From the NCBI RefSeq assembly GCF_000143415.4, contig NW_003314314.1:439771-503770 (forward strand): a stretch of DNA of 64,000 bases, in the 5' to 3' direction. Origin of the DNA: Selaginella moellendorffii. Its lineage: Eukaryota; Plantae; Lycopodiophyta. Under the pieces are notes generated by a model. That model was not told the DNA's origin. It did not search any database and saw nothing but the letters and a program-made list of their open reading frames with translations. Positions 63,150 to 64,000 of the stretch are shown here, piece after piece. How positions within the stretch are numbered: position 1 is the first letter of the stretch; every line of letters begins with the position of its first letter. The translations under genes were made by a program, and so were the position numbers.

Positions 63150-63675
63150 TTGAAAGATGTAATCTCATGGACTGCACTCCTCGCTGCAAATGCCAGAAGA
63201 AGGGACCTTGTGGAACTTGCAAGAATGATCTTCGCAGCCATGCTGCAGTGGAACTTGGTCTGCTGCACGACCATTATCCAGATGCTGGCTCAGGACCGAA
63301 GCTTGGATCAAGCACGCAATATCTTTGATCGATTGCCTGAAAAGAATAAGGCGCCTGGACTGCAATGATCCAAGCCGCCAGTTCCACCAAGCGAACTATC
63401 AACTCCCGATTCCACGCTCTCCACCTTGCTGATCTCTTCCCTCCTGCGAGACGCTTCCATTGACGACGCCATCGCTATCTTCAACCGCAGCTCCCCGCGC
63501 AATGCAAGAACCTGGGAAGCAATTCTCTCGGCCTTTTCGCATCTTACTCTCGTCCAGGAAGCTGACAGCGTCTTCTGGATCATGCCACAGCACTCGACGA
63601 TCAAGCCATATTGGTGTGGAGAACAAATGGTGCCTAGAGGAGGCGGCATGCTCTCAAGGAGTGCGCTTGGCGTTT
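63150..63675 (+). pseudogene. Near-identical direct copy of the PPR fragment at ~56360-56885
   Basis: Shares gaaagatgtaatctcatggactgc through ctctcaaggagtgcg, including the frameshift junction. Confidence 0.9.
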
Positions 63676-63815
63676 TGGGTCGACTCCATGGCCCCCCGTA
63701 ATGGTGCCGGCAAATGCAAGACGGGACTGTCCAATCACAACCAGCAACCGAAATAAATGGTTGCTAGCAATGAATTTAGTTCTTCAGTACATACCGACAC
63801 TATCAGTTTGCACAG

Positions 63816-63942
63816 GATCCCAGCAATGGAGTCACACATCTTGGCTTACGTGCTTTCTAATGAGCTAGTGAGTATGGCATTTGCAATGGTGGCTAAAGAT
63901 AAACAGATCAACCGTGTCCTTGAAGAGCTTTTCTCTGAAGAG
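63816..63942 (+). pseudogene. CASTOR/POLLUX (DMI1) ion-channel exon fragment
   Basis: YVLSNELVSMAFAMVAKDKQINRVLEELFSEE followed by a GTGAGT donor; no upstream exons. Confidence 0.8.
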
Positions 63943-64000
63943 GTGAGTTTTCTTGAGTGTTGAAGAAGATCTCGGACCCGTATGATGACGAGCAAGATTT

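Overview
Eukaryotic, land-plant nuclear DNA. The very short GT-AG introns (mostly 50-90 bp), 100-300 bp intergenic gaps, PLS-type PPR debris and a chromodomain Gypsy element suggest a compact non-seed-plant genome such as Selaginella (inference). Apparently intact genes: PhzF-family isomerase, two small HMA proteins with poly-Cys tails, F-box/LRR, tRNA-Val(CAC), Gnk2/DUF26 secreted protein, PEP-mutase/ICL-family lyase, two-domain sulfurtransferase, aldo-keto reductase, type III PKS, glucan water dikinase, uS7/RPS5, Cpn60-beta, CIB-like bHLH, ZTP29-like ZIP, BASS4-like transporter, TMEM230 and a secreted lectin-like ORF. Between them lie AT-rich decayed transposons and gene fragments (UBC19/20, BSP/PR-17, NIF phosphatase, GRAS x2, PPR x2, CASTOR/POLLUX). 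Best leads: (1) an intact but strongly rewired uS7 paralog, altered in its beta-hairpin and C-terminus; (2) a 194-bp solo LTR with a 5-bp TSD carrying a 5S rRNA-derived Pol III promoter (Cassandra-like); (3) a non-CHS type III PKS (gatekeeper LF->IV) 126 bp upstream of an AKR; (4) a tRNA-linked family of HMA proteins with poly-Cys tails; (5) a possible DUF26-like/bulb-lectin fusion. Gene models and homologies were built by eye from remembered motifs; no searches were run.
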